From assembly GCF_000195855.1 (NCBI RefSeq), contig NC_002677.1:240001-272000 (forward strand): a DNA stretch of 32,000 nt, read 5' to 3'. The position numbers and the translations under genes were made by a program. The notes below the pieces were generated by a model. It had not been told where the DNA came from, searched no databases, and worked only from the letters and a program-made list of their open reading frames with translations. How positions within the stretch are numbered: the stretch's first letter is position 1; every line of letters starts with the position of its first letter. This document shows positions 9,395-19,497 of this stretch, one piece after another. Origin of the DNA: Mycobacterium leprae TN (lineage in GTDB: Bacteria; Actinomycetota; Actinomycetes; Mycobacteriales; Mycobacteriaceae).

Positions 9395-10051
9395 TTGGTG
9401 ACCCTGTTGCGCTTCAACGCCCGGCATCCGGGTTGGCCGTCGAACGTTGGACCGCTGCGGGTTCCGGCTGGTGTGATCCGGTTGCGGGCGGTGCGGTTGC
9501 GGGATGGCGTGCAGTGGAGCCGCATCCGGTTAGCTGACCGCGCGTACCTCGAGCCATGGGAACCTAGTACGGAAGGTGATTGGGTGGTGCGGCACTCGGT
9601 TATCGCGTGGCAGGTGCTGTGCTCGAGTCTGCGGTCGGAGGCCCGCAAAGGTCGCATGCTACCTTATGCGATCGAGCTCGATGGAAACTTCTGCGGTCAG
9701 TTGACCATAGGCAACGTTACCCACGGGGCGTTGCGGTCGGCATGGATAGGTTATTGGGTATCCAGCTCGGCGACCGGCGGCGGGGTGGCAACCGGAGCGT
9801 TGGCCTTGGGCCTTGACCACTGCTTCGGCCCGGTAATGTTGCATCGCGTGGAGGCTACTGTGCGCCCCGCGAATGTAGCGAGCCGGGCCGTGCTGGCAAA
9901 GGTTGGATTCCGTGAAGAGGGCTTGCTGCGCCGCTACCTCGAGGTTGATCGAGCGTGGCGTGACCACCTGCTGATGGCCCTCACGATCGAAGAGGTATCC
10001 GGGTCGGTTACGTCGAACCTGGTACGGGCCGGTCGTGCCAGCTGGCTCTAA
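9395..10051 (+). CDS. rimJ: GNAT-family ribosomal-protein-alanine acetyltransferase RimJ, GTG start
   Basis: 218 aa with IRLRAVRLRDGVQWSRIRLADRAYLEPWEP...GYWVSSSATGGGVATGALALGLDHCF...RVEATVRPANVASRAVLAKVGFREEGLLRRYL. Confidence 0.9.
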   Translation: MVTLLRFNARHPGWPSNVGPLRVPAGVIRLRAVRLRDGVQWSRIRLADRAYLEPWEPSTEGDWVVRHSVIAWQVLCSSLRSEARKGRMLPYAIELDGNFCGQLTIGNVTHGALRSAWIGYWVSSSATGGGVATGALALGLDHCFGPVMLHRVEATVRPANVASRAVLAKVGFREEGLLRRYLEVDRAWRDHLLMALTIEEVSGSVTSNLVRAGRASWL

Positions 10052-10220
10052 ATCGTACGTATGGTGAAACACTGCCTACCGCCGTGTGACTGATGTGACA
10101 CGAGTAAATAATTTTTGATGCTTGTCAGCTGTAAATTACAGGTGTGTAATTGTTGTTGGTACCATTGATCCTGCCGGGTTGGTCACCTATTGGCCTTGCC
10201 GGGGAAAGGAACAGGTCATT

Positions 10221-11249
10221 ATGCCGAGCATCCCCCAATCGCTGCTGTGGATTTCGTTGGTGGTGCTGTGGCTTTTCGTGCTGGTGCCGATGTTGATCAG
10301 CAAACGTGACGTTGTTCGCCGCATCAGTGATGTGGCATTGGCGACTCGGGTGCTAAACGGTGTTGCCGGTGCCCGACTACTCAAGCGAGGTGGTCCCGCC
10401 ACGGGGCATCGCAGCGACCACAATTGGGAGCTGGACGAGGACTGGCGGCAAAACCCGGTCGATGGTGAATTCGCTGACGCTGACCAGGACATAGGTGAAG
10501 AACAGGACCAAAACGTCGATGATACGCAGCGTACACGTCCGGTGGTCATGGAGGTTGCGGTGGCTGAGCTCACCGGCACCGACTACCTGGATGTCGATGT
10601 TGTCGAAGATTCGGTGGCCCTGCCGATTGAGGACAGTGCTGACGTAACTGAGTCCGTCCTGCTAGCGGTCGGTGAAGGCGGATCGCCGGGTGAAGAAGCT
10701 GAGGCTGAGCAACGGCAAAGTGACCGGTACGGATACGTCGACGCATCGTCGGGTCTGGGACTCGAGCAGAAGGACGACAAGTCGCCGGTGCCAGTAGCGC
10801 CGACTGTCTCGCGGCAGCGTCGGTACGACACCAAGACCGCCACCGCGGTCAGTGCACGCAAGTACGCGTTTCGTAAAAGGGTGCTGATGGTTATGGCGAT
10901 CATCTTGGTTGGCTCTGCCGCAGCGGCGTTCGAAGTGGATTCGAATGCCTGGTGGATTTGCGGTAGCTCCACCACTGTCACAGTGCTTTATCTGGCCTAT
11001 TTGCGCCGGCAAACTCGGATTGAAGAGAAAGTGCGTAGCCGTCGGATGCATCGGATAGCACGTGCCCGGGTCGACGTGGAAAACGCGCATGACCGCGAAT
11101 TTGACGTGGTTCCATCGCGGCTGCGGCGTCCAGGCGCAGTGGTCTTGGAAATCGATGACGAGGACCCTATCTTCGAACACCTGGACTACGAGATGCCGAT
11201 TCGTACGTTTGGCTGGCCCAGGGACCTACCAAGAGCCGTGGGCCAGTAA
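10221..11249 (+). CDS. Membrane protein, Rv0996 / GlpR / SepX family
   Basis: MPSIPQSLLWISLVVLWLFVLVPMLISKRDVVRRISDVALATRVLNG N-terminal TM, acidic low-complexity middle, two C-terminal TM segments (VLMVMAIILVGSAAAAFEV; WICGSSTTVTVLYLAYL). Start at ATG 10221 inside ORF 10122-11249. Confidence 0.85.
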   Translation: MPSIPQSLLWISLVVLWLFVLVPMLISKRDVVRRISDVALATRVLNGVAGARLLKRGGPATGHRSDHNWELDEDWRQNPVDGEFADADQDIGEEQDQNVDDTQRTRPVVMEVAVAELTGTDYLDVDVVEDSVALPIEDSADVTESVLLAVGEGGSPGEEAEAEQRQSDRYGYVDASSGLGLEQKDDKSPVPVAPTVSRQRRYDTKTATAVSARKYAFRKRVLMVMAIILVGSAAAAFEVDSNAWWICGSSTTVTVLYLAYLRRQTRIEEKVRSRRMHRIARARVDVENAHDREFDVVPSRLRRPGAVVLEIDDEDPIFEHLDYEMPIRTFGWPRDLPRAVGQ

Positions 11250-11304
11250 CGCCCCGCCGAACCCGGCTTGGGCTGTCCTGTAACTGGTAGCCTGCTAACA
11301 ATCA

Positions 11305-11377
11305 GGGGCTATGGCGCAGTTGGTAGCGCGACTCGTTCGCATCGAGTAGGTCAGGGGTTCGATTCCCCTTAGCTCCA
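11305..11377 (+). tRNA. tRNA-Ala (anticodon CGC)
   Basis: Cloverleaf folds by hand: acceptor GGGGCTA/TAGCTCC, D arm GCGC-AGTTGGTA-GCGC, anticodon stem ACTCG/CGAGT with loop TTCGCAT (CGC at 34-36), T arm AGGGG-TTCGATT-CCCCT. CCA not encoded. Confidence 0.93.
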
Positions 11378-11922
11378 CGTGCGCGACATTTATCTGGGGA
11401 TATGTGTCTATGTGTATTGGGATCGTTCACGGTTTGGTTGTGGTTGGTAGTTTTTCGTTGGGGCGGTTTTGCTTTAGAGTTCTTGTAGTAGGCGGTTGTC
11501 GGTAGTTTCATAACCCGGACTGTTTGGCACGGCCTTTGCATGTGTCTCAGACTAGGCCAGCATTCGTGTGACACCAGTCACTTAGTGTGCATTCTGTTAC
11601 GATGCTAAAAATCAGTTCAGCATTTGCCAAGACGAGCGCGTTGCACCCGTTCTCGGCCACCGGCTCGTCCTACTGGGGAAGTATGGGCACCAGTACTAAC
11701 TGAAAATAACTGCAAAAAGTACCCGTCGAATCTCTTGATAAGGGTTTCTTGCCGGCCATTCGCCACGACGGTGATTACTGTTTATTTTATTCCAGGTCCA
11801 ATGCATCCACATATCTCAGACGTGTTTACCAATGGTAGACGAAACTACAACACGCGTTGTGCTTGATGCCCACCAGCCTGGTCGACCAACGTCTGTCGGT
11901 CGAACACCGTGATCCCTATAGA

Positions 11923-11967
11923 AAAGGTCGCTACGGGTCCGGTACGCCCGGACCCGTAGCGACCTTT
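11923..11967. terminator. Perfect 20-bp stem / 5-nt loop hairpin; candidate bidirectional intrinsic terminator
   Basis: AAAGGTCGCTACGGGTCCGG (11923-11942), TACGC loop, CCGGACCCGTAGCGACCTTT (11948-11967). The arms are exact reverse complements and begin AAA / end TTT on either strand. Confidence 0.65.
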
Positions 11968-11979
11968 CTCGGCATAGCT

Positions 11980-12400
11980 TCTCAGGATCGCGCTCCGGCC
12001 CGCCAGGCCGGAGTACTCGCTCCATCTCGTGCGCTACCCGAAACGGTATCCGGCATTATGTACAATGTGCCCAAGCGGCATACAGCGTCGAAATGTTTCA
12101 TCATCAATCGGCAACTTGTGCGCGTCACCAAGGACATAGCATGTCCGCGGTTGTCCAGCGCCGCCTCCGTCAACATCGGCGCAGAAATGTCGAACATGAG
12201 GCGCCCATCCGTAGATCGTTGTGTCAGAGTTCCGGTGAAATTTCTTGGCCAGCAGGCGATTTCGAGCAATTTTGTTTGCATTTGATAGACGCAGAGCCGC
12301 CGCCGTGGGCTGCTGCCTAGTTTGGGTGATGGCGCTGCTGGCAGTGTAGAAAAAGATCGTCCGCCACAGCGGTTCGTACACCATTGTAACGAACCGACTG
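11980..12400 (-). pseudogene. Class I SAM-dependent methyltransferase, multiply frameshifted
   Basis: Minus strand across frames gives MVYEPLWR ... LLEIACWPRNFTGTLTQRSTDGRLMFDISAPMLTEA (motif I region, cf. LDVGCGPGNFT), then YVLGDAHKLPIDDETF, then FDAVCRLGTLYIMPD, then MERVLRPGG. These are canonical methyltransferase blocks in the correct order. Confidence 0.8.
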
Positions 12401-12501
12401 TTCGTTCATGGCCCGCTGAACCAAGGTTAGGTCGGAGAACTCGTTGATTCGCCCAGAACGTCCAAAGAGCCATTCCATAGCACGGCGTTCATGTTGAGTA
12501 G

Positions 12502-13719
<1,218 letters not shown>

Positions 13720-14417
13720 GCTGCGCTTAGCGGGGCCTCCGGTGATGTGAACAAGCGTTCAGATGTTAGCTATTGGAGCGGTGTTGACGTTTGTTGCCGC
13801 CAGATGTGCGCGGCCAACCACGCCGAAGCGGTTCAGCTCTAGCCGTCTGCCCCTAGTGCATCAGGTGTCAACTCAGGCCAACATCTGCGAGATAGGCCGC
13901 GATCTGCAGCCTGGCTTTGAGGTGATCCACGGTATCCCTAGCGCGTCTTCACCGAGGTTGATTTAGGGACTAGCAGCGGATGCGGCAACGAAGTCGTCGC
14001 AGTGCATGACACTAGCCGATCCTGGCCATGGATCCGATCAATTCGCCCAGAGCGTGTCCAGTGTCAGATGCGGGTGGCATCGTTGATGCGGTAGCGGTGC
14101 CGGTGGTTGTCGGCCGCTACCTCTTCGCGGCGTGTGAGCAGTTGACCATGATGGTTAGGCGCACTATCGCCAGCGTCCACCTCATCGAGGCGACGTGCAT
14201 TGACTGCGTCGATACCCTCGGGATGGCGGTCGATGTGTGGATATCCGTCGAGGCCGGCGCCGAAATTGATTTGCGGACATATATTGCGTGACAAGACAAC
14301 TGTATGCTCCTACGTATTTGCCACATTGACCACCGATCTTGGCTCAGTGTTCCTGGCGGCTGCACCGTAATTCGCCGATAACTTGCTGGTTAAAATCTGC
14401 ACAGTTGAACGTCTACT

Positions 14418-15098
14418 TTGGGTAGATTGGCCATGATGTTGAAGATGGCATTTTCGGTCGCATCAGCGTCCTTGCTCTTCGGCTGCTTATCGGGCCCGGT
14501 TACCTTTTTTACGAAGGTCAACATCGCCAAGGTCACCGGAATTAAGTCGAGCGTTGGGTCTGATTTCAATGTCACCGACCTTGGTAGAAGGGCGATCGAT
14601 CCCAAGCTTCTGTTGTCGCGGAAGCCGCCCGACGGACTGACCTTCGAACTGGCTAATTGCGCGAAACTGGCGGTTGGGCCGTCGACGCCGCTCGATGTGC
14701 AGGGCAGTATGGCGGCAGTCTCTGCTGAGGGGAATGGCAACCGGTTCATCATAATCGCGGTGGAGACTTCCAAGCCGTTTCCGCTTAACGATCCTGGGTA
14801 GGGTTACACGAAGGTGTCATTCTGCGGGGCCTAGGTTGCTGGGTGGGATCGAGGTAATCCGATGCGCCTCACTTTGAGGAGGTGCGCACGTTGTCCGTGC
14901 ACCGTATCTTGCAAGACGTGATGGTAGCCGGGACACTCCGCACCGGCCAGCTTTACGATTACACCGCTGCGTTCGAATGACTATCAGGTGATAGTTATCG
15001 TCAATCCGTTGGTAGTCCCAGGATAGCCGGTGGTGTCGGTGGACACGCAGCGTGCCCGCGACTTGCTCGTCAAGATAGTGAGCACGATCCGGAGTTGA
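14418..15098 (+). pseudogene. DUF5642-like secreted/lipoprotein (Rv0999-like), interrupted by stops and frameshifts
   Basis: MLKMAFSVASASLLFGCLSG (lipobox-like LFGC), then FELANCAKLAVGPSTPLDVQGSMAAVSAEGNGNRFIIIAVETS; TAG at 14799-14801; frameshift, then EVRTLSVHRILQDVMVAGTLRTGQLYDYTAAFE*, then DYQVIVIVNPLVVPG*PVVSVDTQRARDLLVKIVSTIRS ending at 15098. Confidence 0.75.
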
Positions 15099-15124
15099 CC
15101 CGGCTGCTAGTCCGATAGGAATAC

Positions 15125-15742
15125 CTAGTGCACGTTGCGTGGTCGGAACTGAATGCTGACCCGCGGTCCTGTTGACGCGGACGTTTTGGGAACGGAGTGC
15201 TCCCAAGTGCGTTGGCATGAGCCGCCCATCACCAGCAGATCGCCATGTGTCAGTGGCAGGCGCAAAGACGGGCCGCCGCCACGTTTACGTAACGCGAATA
15301 CTCGTGTGGCGCCGAGGCTGATGATCGCCACCATGGTGTCCTCTGAGCTGTTACGGCCGATGGTGTCGCCATGCCAGGCGATGCTGTCGGAACCGTCGCG
15401 ATAGCAGCACAATCCGACGCTGGTGAAAGGTTCACCCAGTTCGCCGGCGTAGATGTCGTTAAGTCGACGGCGCAGCCGCGTCAGCAGTGGATGCGGAGGA
15501 TCATCGGTTGTCAGGTCGTGAAAACTAACCAGACGGGGAACGTTGACCACCTTGTCGTACATCCGCCGTCGTTCAATACGCCACGGCACCTCAGACAACA
15601 ACGTGTCCAGCAGCTCCACTCCGTCTGTAAGCCAGCCGGAACGCAGCTCGATAAAGGCGCCGTCACCCAGTTGTCTTCGTTCGTGATACTCGAACAACGA
15701 GCCCTGAAACGCAATCCCCACATCAACCAGCATATCGCACAT
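15125..15742 (-). CDS. AlkB-like 2-oxoglutarate/Fe(II)-dependent dioxygenase (Rv1000c-like)
   Basis: 205 aa. SIAWHGDTIG (HxD), RTWEHSVPKT (distal His) and GPRVSIQFRPR (2OG-binding Arg residues). Confidence 0.88.
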   Translation of the reverse strand: MCDMLVDVGIAFQGSLFEYHERRQLGDGAFIELRSGWLTDGVELLDTLLSEVPWRIERRRMYDKVVNVPRLVSFHDLTTDDPPHPLLTRLRRRLNDIYAGELGEPFTSVGLCCYRDGSDSIAWHGDTIGRNSSEDTMVAIISLGATRVFALRKRGGGPSLRLPLTHGDLLVMGGSCQRTWEHSVPKTSASTGPRVSIQFRPRNVH

Positions 15743-15757
15743 CAGTTCGATGAACTA

Positions 15758-15815
15758 CGATATATTAGCTTACTATACGATATGAACGATATATTAGCTT
15801 ACTATACGATATGAA
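15758..15815. repeat. Perfect tandem duplication, 29 bp x 2
   Basis: CGATATATTAGCTTACTATACGATATGAA at 15758-15786 repeated exactly at 15787-15815. Confidence 0.95.
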
Positions 15816-15859
15816 TCGGTGCCGTGGAGTCAGCGAGCTTGTTTCTTACTGTGATTGTT

Positions 15860-16915
15860 GCCGGGCTAGGCGTGTATTCTGAAGTGGTTAGCGTGCTGCG
15901 TTCAGGAGGGGCACGACCAATTTGCCGAATTGCTGGGCTCCTGCGGCGTGGAAGTGTTGCTGCTGATCAAAGCTTTGACGAGTAGGGCCGCCACCCGGAT
16001 GTGTGGGGTCGGCACGGTGTCTCGGTGTGGCGTTGGCACAAAAACTTTCGGTATATCTGCGTAGTCTCGACCCCGTCATGCTGCCCCATGTGTTGACAGC
16101 TGGGTTGACGTTCAACCCGCTTTCACCGGAGAACCCGGACTGACGTGTCGTTGGTGCTTGATATTCATCATGAGGTCATAAGGCGGATTTCATCATCGAG
16201 TCGTTGCCGAACTTGCTGTTTACCAGGGACTGGTGGATCTAGGTCGGGCCGCTTGTGGTGACCCCCACCCTGGTACTACATGCCTTCATCTCCTGGCTAA
16301 CTGGACTGGATCTATGCTTATCCTACATTCTTGACTACATGCTTGACCGGCGTGCGGGAGTCTTACGAATCAAGGCCCGCTCCTGTCGAAATTTGGTGAC
16401 GTGCTCCCTTTCGTTCCGGGCGTGATCGCGGTGGTGGTAGGTGAGCGGACCACTTAGGTCGAAGTGGAAATTTTGGTGCGCTGCCTTTTTGACGATTATC
16501 TTGCGCACACGATACTAGCTGTACCGATCGTGTAAAGAAGTGCGCAGATGTACCTAGACTCCGTGTGCGTGATGGTCGACACGGACACGGTGGTGATGTA
16601 TGCAAACGTCGTCGGTATGTCCACGGCATTCGCGATCCAGCGTGCGCTATGTTGTGACCATTAGCGATTCTGCTTTATTTCTCGAGTCCACCGCAAAGGC
16701 GATAAGCATTGATAAGTTGTGGGTCATTGACACCGAACTAGATGCCGTTGTACCCGAACGTGAACAGTGAGACGACAGCAACAACACGTTGGCATTGGAG
16801 GCCTGTGTTGTTGTAGCCTATGGGTGTATCGTATCGCCTAACGTCCCGCCTGTAGGTATGCGGGAATCGAAGTGCTGACCGTCGCGGGTTCTGATTGGGC
16901 ACCGGTAGCTGCGTG
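15860..16915 (+). pseudogene. arcA: Arginine deiminase (Rv1001-like), heavily degraded
   Basis: Plus strand across frames: HDQFAELLGSCGVEVLLL; [28 protein letters not shown]; ADFIIESLPNLLFTRDWWI; [21 protein letters not shown]...AFAIQRA; [36 protein letters not shown]; EVLTVAGSDW. All are ADI motifs in order. Confidence 0.9.
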
Positions 16916-17034
16916 TTTTGCTGTATGTTCTGCCGTATTGCCACTATCCGCGGTAGCTTCTCGGTGCCAAGATTGCTGCAACGGTTACGGTTAGCGCCCC
17001 AATCACAGCTTTCACTGCAGTCTTGGTGTAGCAT

Positions 17035-18621
17035 CTAGCGCCAACTGGGAAGCCAGATCTCCATGTTCCAGGTCTGGTGTGAGATTGGCAGGCCGGTGAG
17101 CACCGGATAAAGCCAGACGAAGTTCGTTATCACTAAAGCCACGTAGCAAGAGACGGCGATTAGCCTGAGTGTGCGTCGTTCGGTGCTATGGGTACTAGGG
17201 CTTCTGGGACTCGAGTCGTGCCATGGGGGGTAGAGGATGTCGCCGAGAATCAGCGCGATACCCATCACTAGGAACGGCGCCATCGTTGCCGCATAGAATA
17301 AATACATCTGCCGGTCAATGTCGGCGAACCAGGGCAGCCACCCCGCGCAATACCCAACCAAAACAGCCGCGTAGCGCCAGTCTCGCTGAATGACCGTTCG
17401 CCAAGTTGCATAGACCAGGACAGGCACTGCCAGCCACCACATCGCGGGCGTGCCGACTAGCATCTCCGCCTTGACGCATGACTGTGCTCCGCAACCGGGC
17501 ACGTCCTGCTGATCGATCGCGTACAGCACCGGCCGCAACGACATTGGCCAGCTCCACGGTTTGGATTCCCACGGGTGGTAGTTGCCCGCAGAATTCGTCA
17601 AGCCGGCGTGGAATTGCAGTGTCTTGGCGTGGTAATACCATAGCGACCGAACGGCGTCGGGCAGTGGGATCATCCCGTGACGCCCAATAGTTTGTCCGAC
17701 CTGGTGCCGGTCGATCGCGGTCTCGGACGCGAACCATGGTGCATAGCTGGTTATGTACACCAGAAAAGAGATGAGCCCTAGTGCATATACGGTGGGGATA
17801 ACGTCACGTCGTAGGACTCCCCGCCATGGGTTAAGCACCTGGTATTGGCGCCGGGACGATACATCGAACGCCAACGACATAACACCAAAGAACAGCACGA
17901 AGTACAGGCCGGACCACTTTGTCGCGCAAGCCAATCCGAGGAGTATCCCGCCCAGGAAGCGCCACCAGCGCACACCGAGCCGCGGACCCCAAACCGTTTC
18001 GGTGGATCGCCCCTCCGTGATCGCTGTGTGCATTCGTTGGCGGACCTGATCGCGGTCGACGATGAGTGCGCCGAACGTCGCGACCACGAAGAAAGTGAGG
18101 AAGCCGTCGAGTAGCGCTGTGCGCGCAGTGACAAAGCTGACGCCGTCGCAGATAACCAACAGCCCCGCAATGGTGCCGATTAGTGTCGATCGGGTGATCC
18201 TCCGAACGATCCGCATCACCAATGCCACCATGATCACACCGAGTAGTGCACCGGTGAATCGCCAGCCCACGCCGTTGTAGCCGAAGATGGCCTCCCCGAT
18301 GGCAATCAGTTGCTTGCCGATCGGGGGATGAACTACCAGGCCGAAGCCAGGGTTGTCTTCCACCCCATGGTTGTGCAACAACTGCCACGCTTGCGGCGCG
18401 TAGTGCTTCTCGTCGAAGATGGGTGTGCCGGCATCGGTCGGCGAGCTCAGATTGATGAACCGTGTCCCCGTTGCCAGTACGGTGATTACGCCGGTCGCGA
18501 TCCAACCGCGCACGTCATCGGTTGGCCCGAAATCTTCCACAGGCACCAGTGGCCCCGGGCTTATCACGGGTACTATGCGCTCCTCCACGGCGGCGAGGGT
18601 TTTGTGGAGCGGAGCGTTCAT
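17035..18621 (-). CDS. pmt: Dolichyl/polyprenyl-phosphate-mannose protein O-mannosyltransferase (Rv1002c-like)
   Basis: 528 aa multi-TM protein with FDEKHYAPQAWQLLHNHGVEDNPGFGLVVHPPIGKQLIAIGEAIFGYNGVGWRF...ATKWSGLYFVLFF...SNSAGNYHPWESKPWSWP (approximate), typical GT39. Confidence 0.93.
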   Translation of the reverse strand: MNAPLHKTLAAVEERIVPVISPGPLVPVEDFGPTDDVRGWIATGVITVLATGTRFINLSSPTDAGTPIFDEKHYAPQAWQLLHNHGVEDNPGFGLVVHPPIGKQLIAIGEAIFGYNGVGWRFTGALLGVIMVALVMRIVRRITRSTLIGTIAGLLVICDGVSFVTARTALLDGFLTFFVVATFGALIVDRDQVRQRMHTAITEGRSTETVWGPRLGVRWWRFLGGILLGLACATKWSGLYFVLFFGVMSLAFDVSSRRQYQVLNPWRGVLRRDVIPTVYALGLISFLVYITSYAPWFASETAIDRHQVGQTIGRHGMIPLPDAVRSLWYYHAKTLQFHAGLTNSAGNYHPWESKPWSWPMSLRPVLYAIDQQDVPGCGAQSCVKAEMLVGTPAMWWLAVPVLVYATWRTVIQRDWRYAAVLVGYCAGWLPWFADIDRQMYLFYAATMAPFLVMGIALILGDILYPPWHDSSPRSPSTHSTERRTLRLIAVSCYVALVITNFVWLYPVLTGLPISHQTWNMEIWLPSWR

Positions 18622-18645
18622 TACGTCGATCGTAGGCTGTCATTC

Positions 18646-19491
18646 ATGACCTATGGTCGCCTGTTGCTGGGTGCCACCCCGTTGGGTCAACCCTTAGATG
18701 CGTCGAGAAGGTTGACCGACGCACTGTGCTGTGCCGATGTCGTGGCGGCTGAAGACACCCGGCGGGCGAGAACTCTGGCGAAAACCCTTGGCGTGGTCAT
18801 CACTGGTCGGGTGATAAGCTTGTTTGACCAGATTGAGGCCGTGCGGGTGTCTGCCCTAGTAGCGGAGATTGAAGCTGGTGCAACGGTGCTGGTGATTAGC
18901 GATGCCGGAATGTCGGTGATCAGCGACCCCGGTTACCGGCTGGTCGCGGCGTGCATCGCTGCTGGCCTGCCGGTGCGGTGTCTACCTGGGCCGTCCGCGG
19001 TTATGACGGCACTGGCCGTGTCCGGGCTTTCGTCGGAGAAGTTCTGTTTCGAGGGTTTCGCACCACGCAAAAGCTCGGCGCGCAGAACCTGGTTGGCTTC
19101 GTTGGCCGACGAACGGCGTACCTGTGTGTTCTTCGAATCGCCGCGCCGGTTGGCCGCATGCTTGCGTGATGCCGTCGACCAGCTCGGCAGTGCCCGTCCG
19201 GTGGTGGTCTGCCGGGAGCTGACCAAGGTGCACGAGGAGGTGGTGCGTGGATCGCTTGACGAGTTAGCAACCTGGGCAGCCAACGGTGTGCTCGGCGAGA
19301 TTACCGTTGTGCTGGCCGGTGCGACTCCGCGTGCCGACCTGTTCTTGCTAGTTCCTGAGGTGGAGAACCTCGTAGCAGGGGGTGCCCGCGTCAAGGACGC
19401 GTGTGGCCAGGTGGCCGCTGTGCATTCGTCGGTGCGTTCGCGCCAGCTTTACGATGCGGTCTTGAGGGCACGCCAGGTGTCGTCGCGCTAG
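18646..19491 (+). CDS. rsmI: 16S rRNA (cytidine(1402)-2'-O)-methyltransferase
   Basis: MTYGRLLLGATPLGQPLDASRRLTDALCCADVVAAEDTRRARTLAKTLG...VISDAGMSVISDPGYRLV...PGPSAVMTALAVSGLSSEKFCFEGFAPRKSSARRTWLASLADERRTCVFFESPRRL. Start at ATG 18646 inside ORF 18310-19491. Confidence 0.93.
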   Translation: MTYGRLLLGATPLGQPLDASRRLTDALCCADVVAAEDTRRARTLAKTLGVVITGRVISLFDQIEAVRVSALVAEIEAGATVLVISDAGMSVISDPGYRLVAACIAAGLPVRCLPGPSAVMTALAVSGLSSEKFCFEGFAPRKSSARRTWLASLADERRTCVFFESPRRLAACLRDAVDQLGSARPVVVCRELTKVHEEVVRGSLDELATWAANGVLGEITVVLAGATPRADLFLLVPEVENLVAGGARVKDACGQVAAVHSSVRSRQLYDAVLRARQVSSR

Positions 19492-19497
19492 CTAGGG

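Noticed and set aside
13726-14400. ORFs 13763-13966, 14028-14291 and 14064-14294 as small novel genes
   Set aside because: No recognisable motifs, no clear RBS context and overlapping ORFs on both strands; best treated as eroded spacer.
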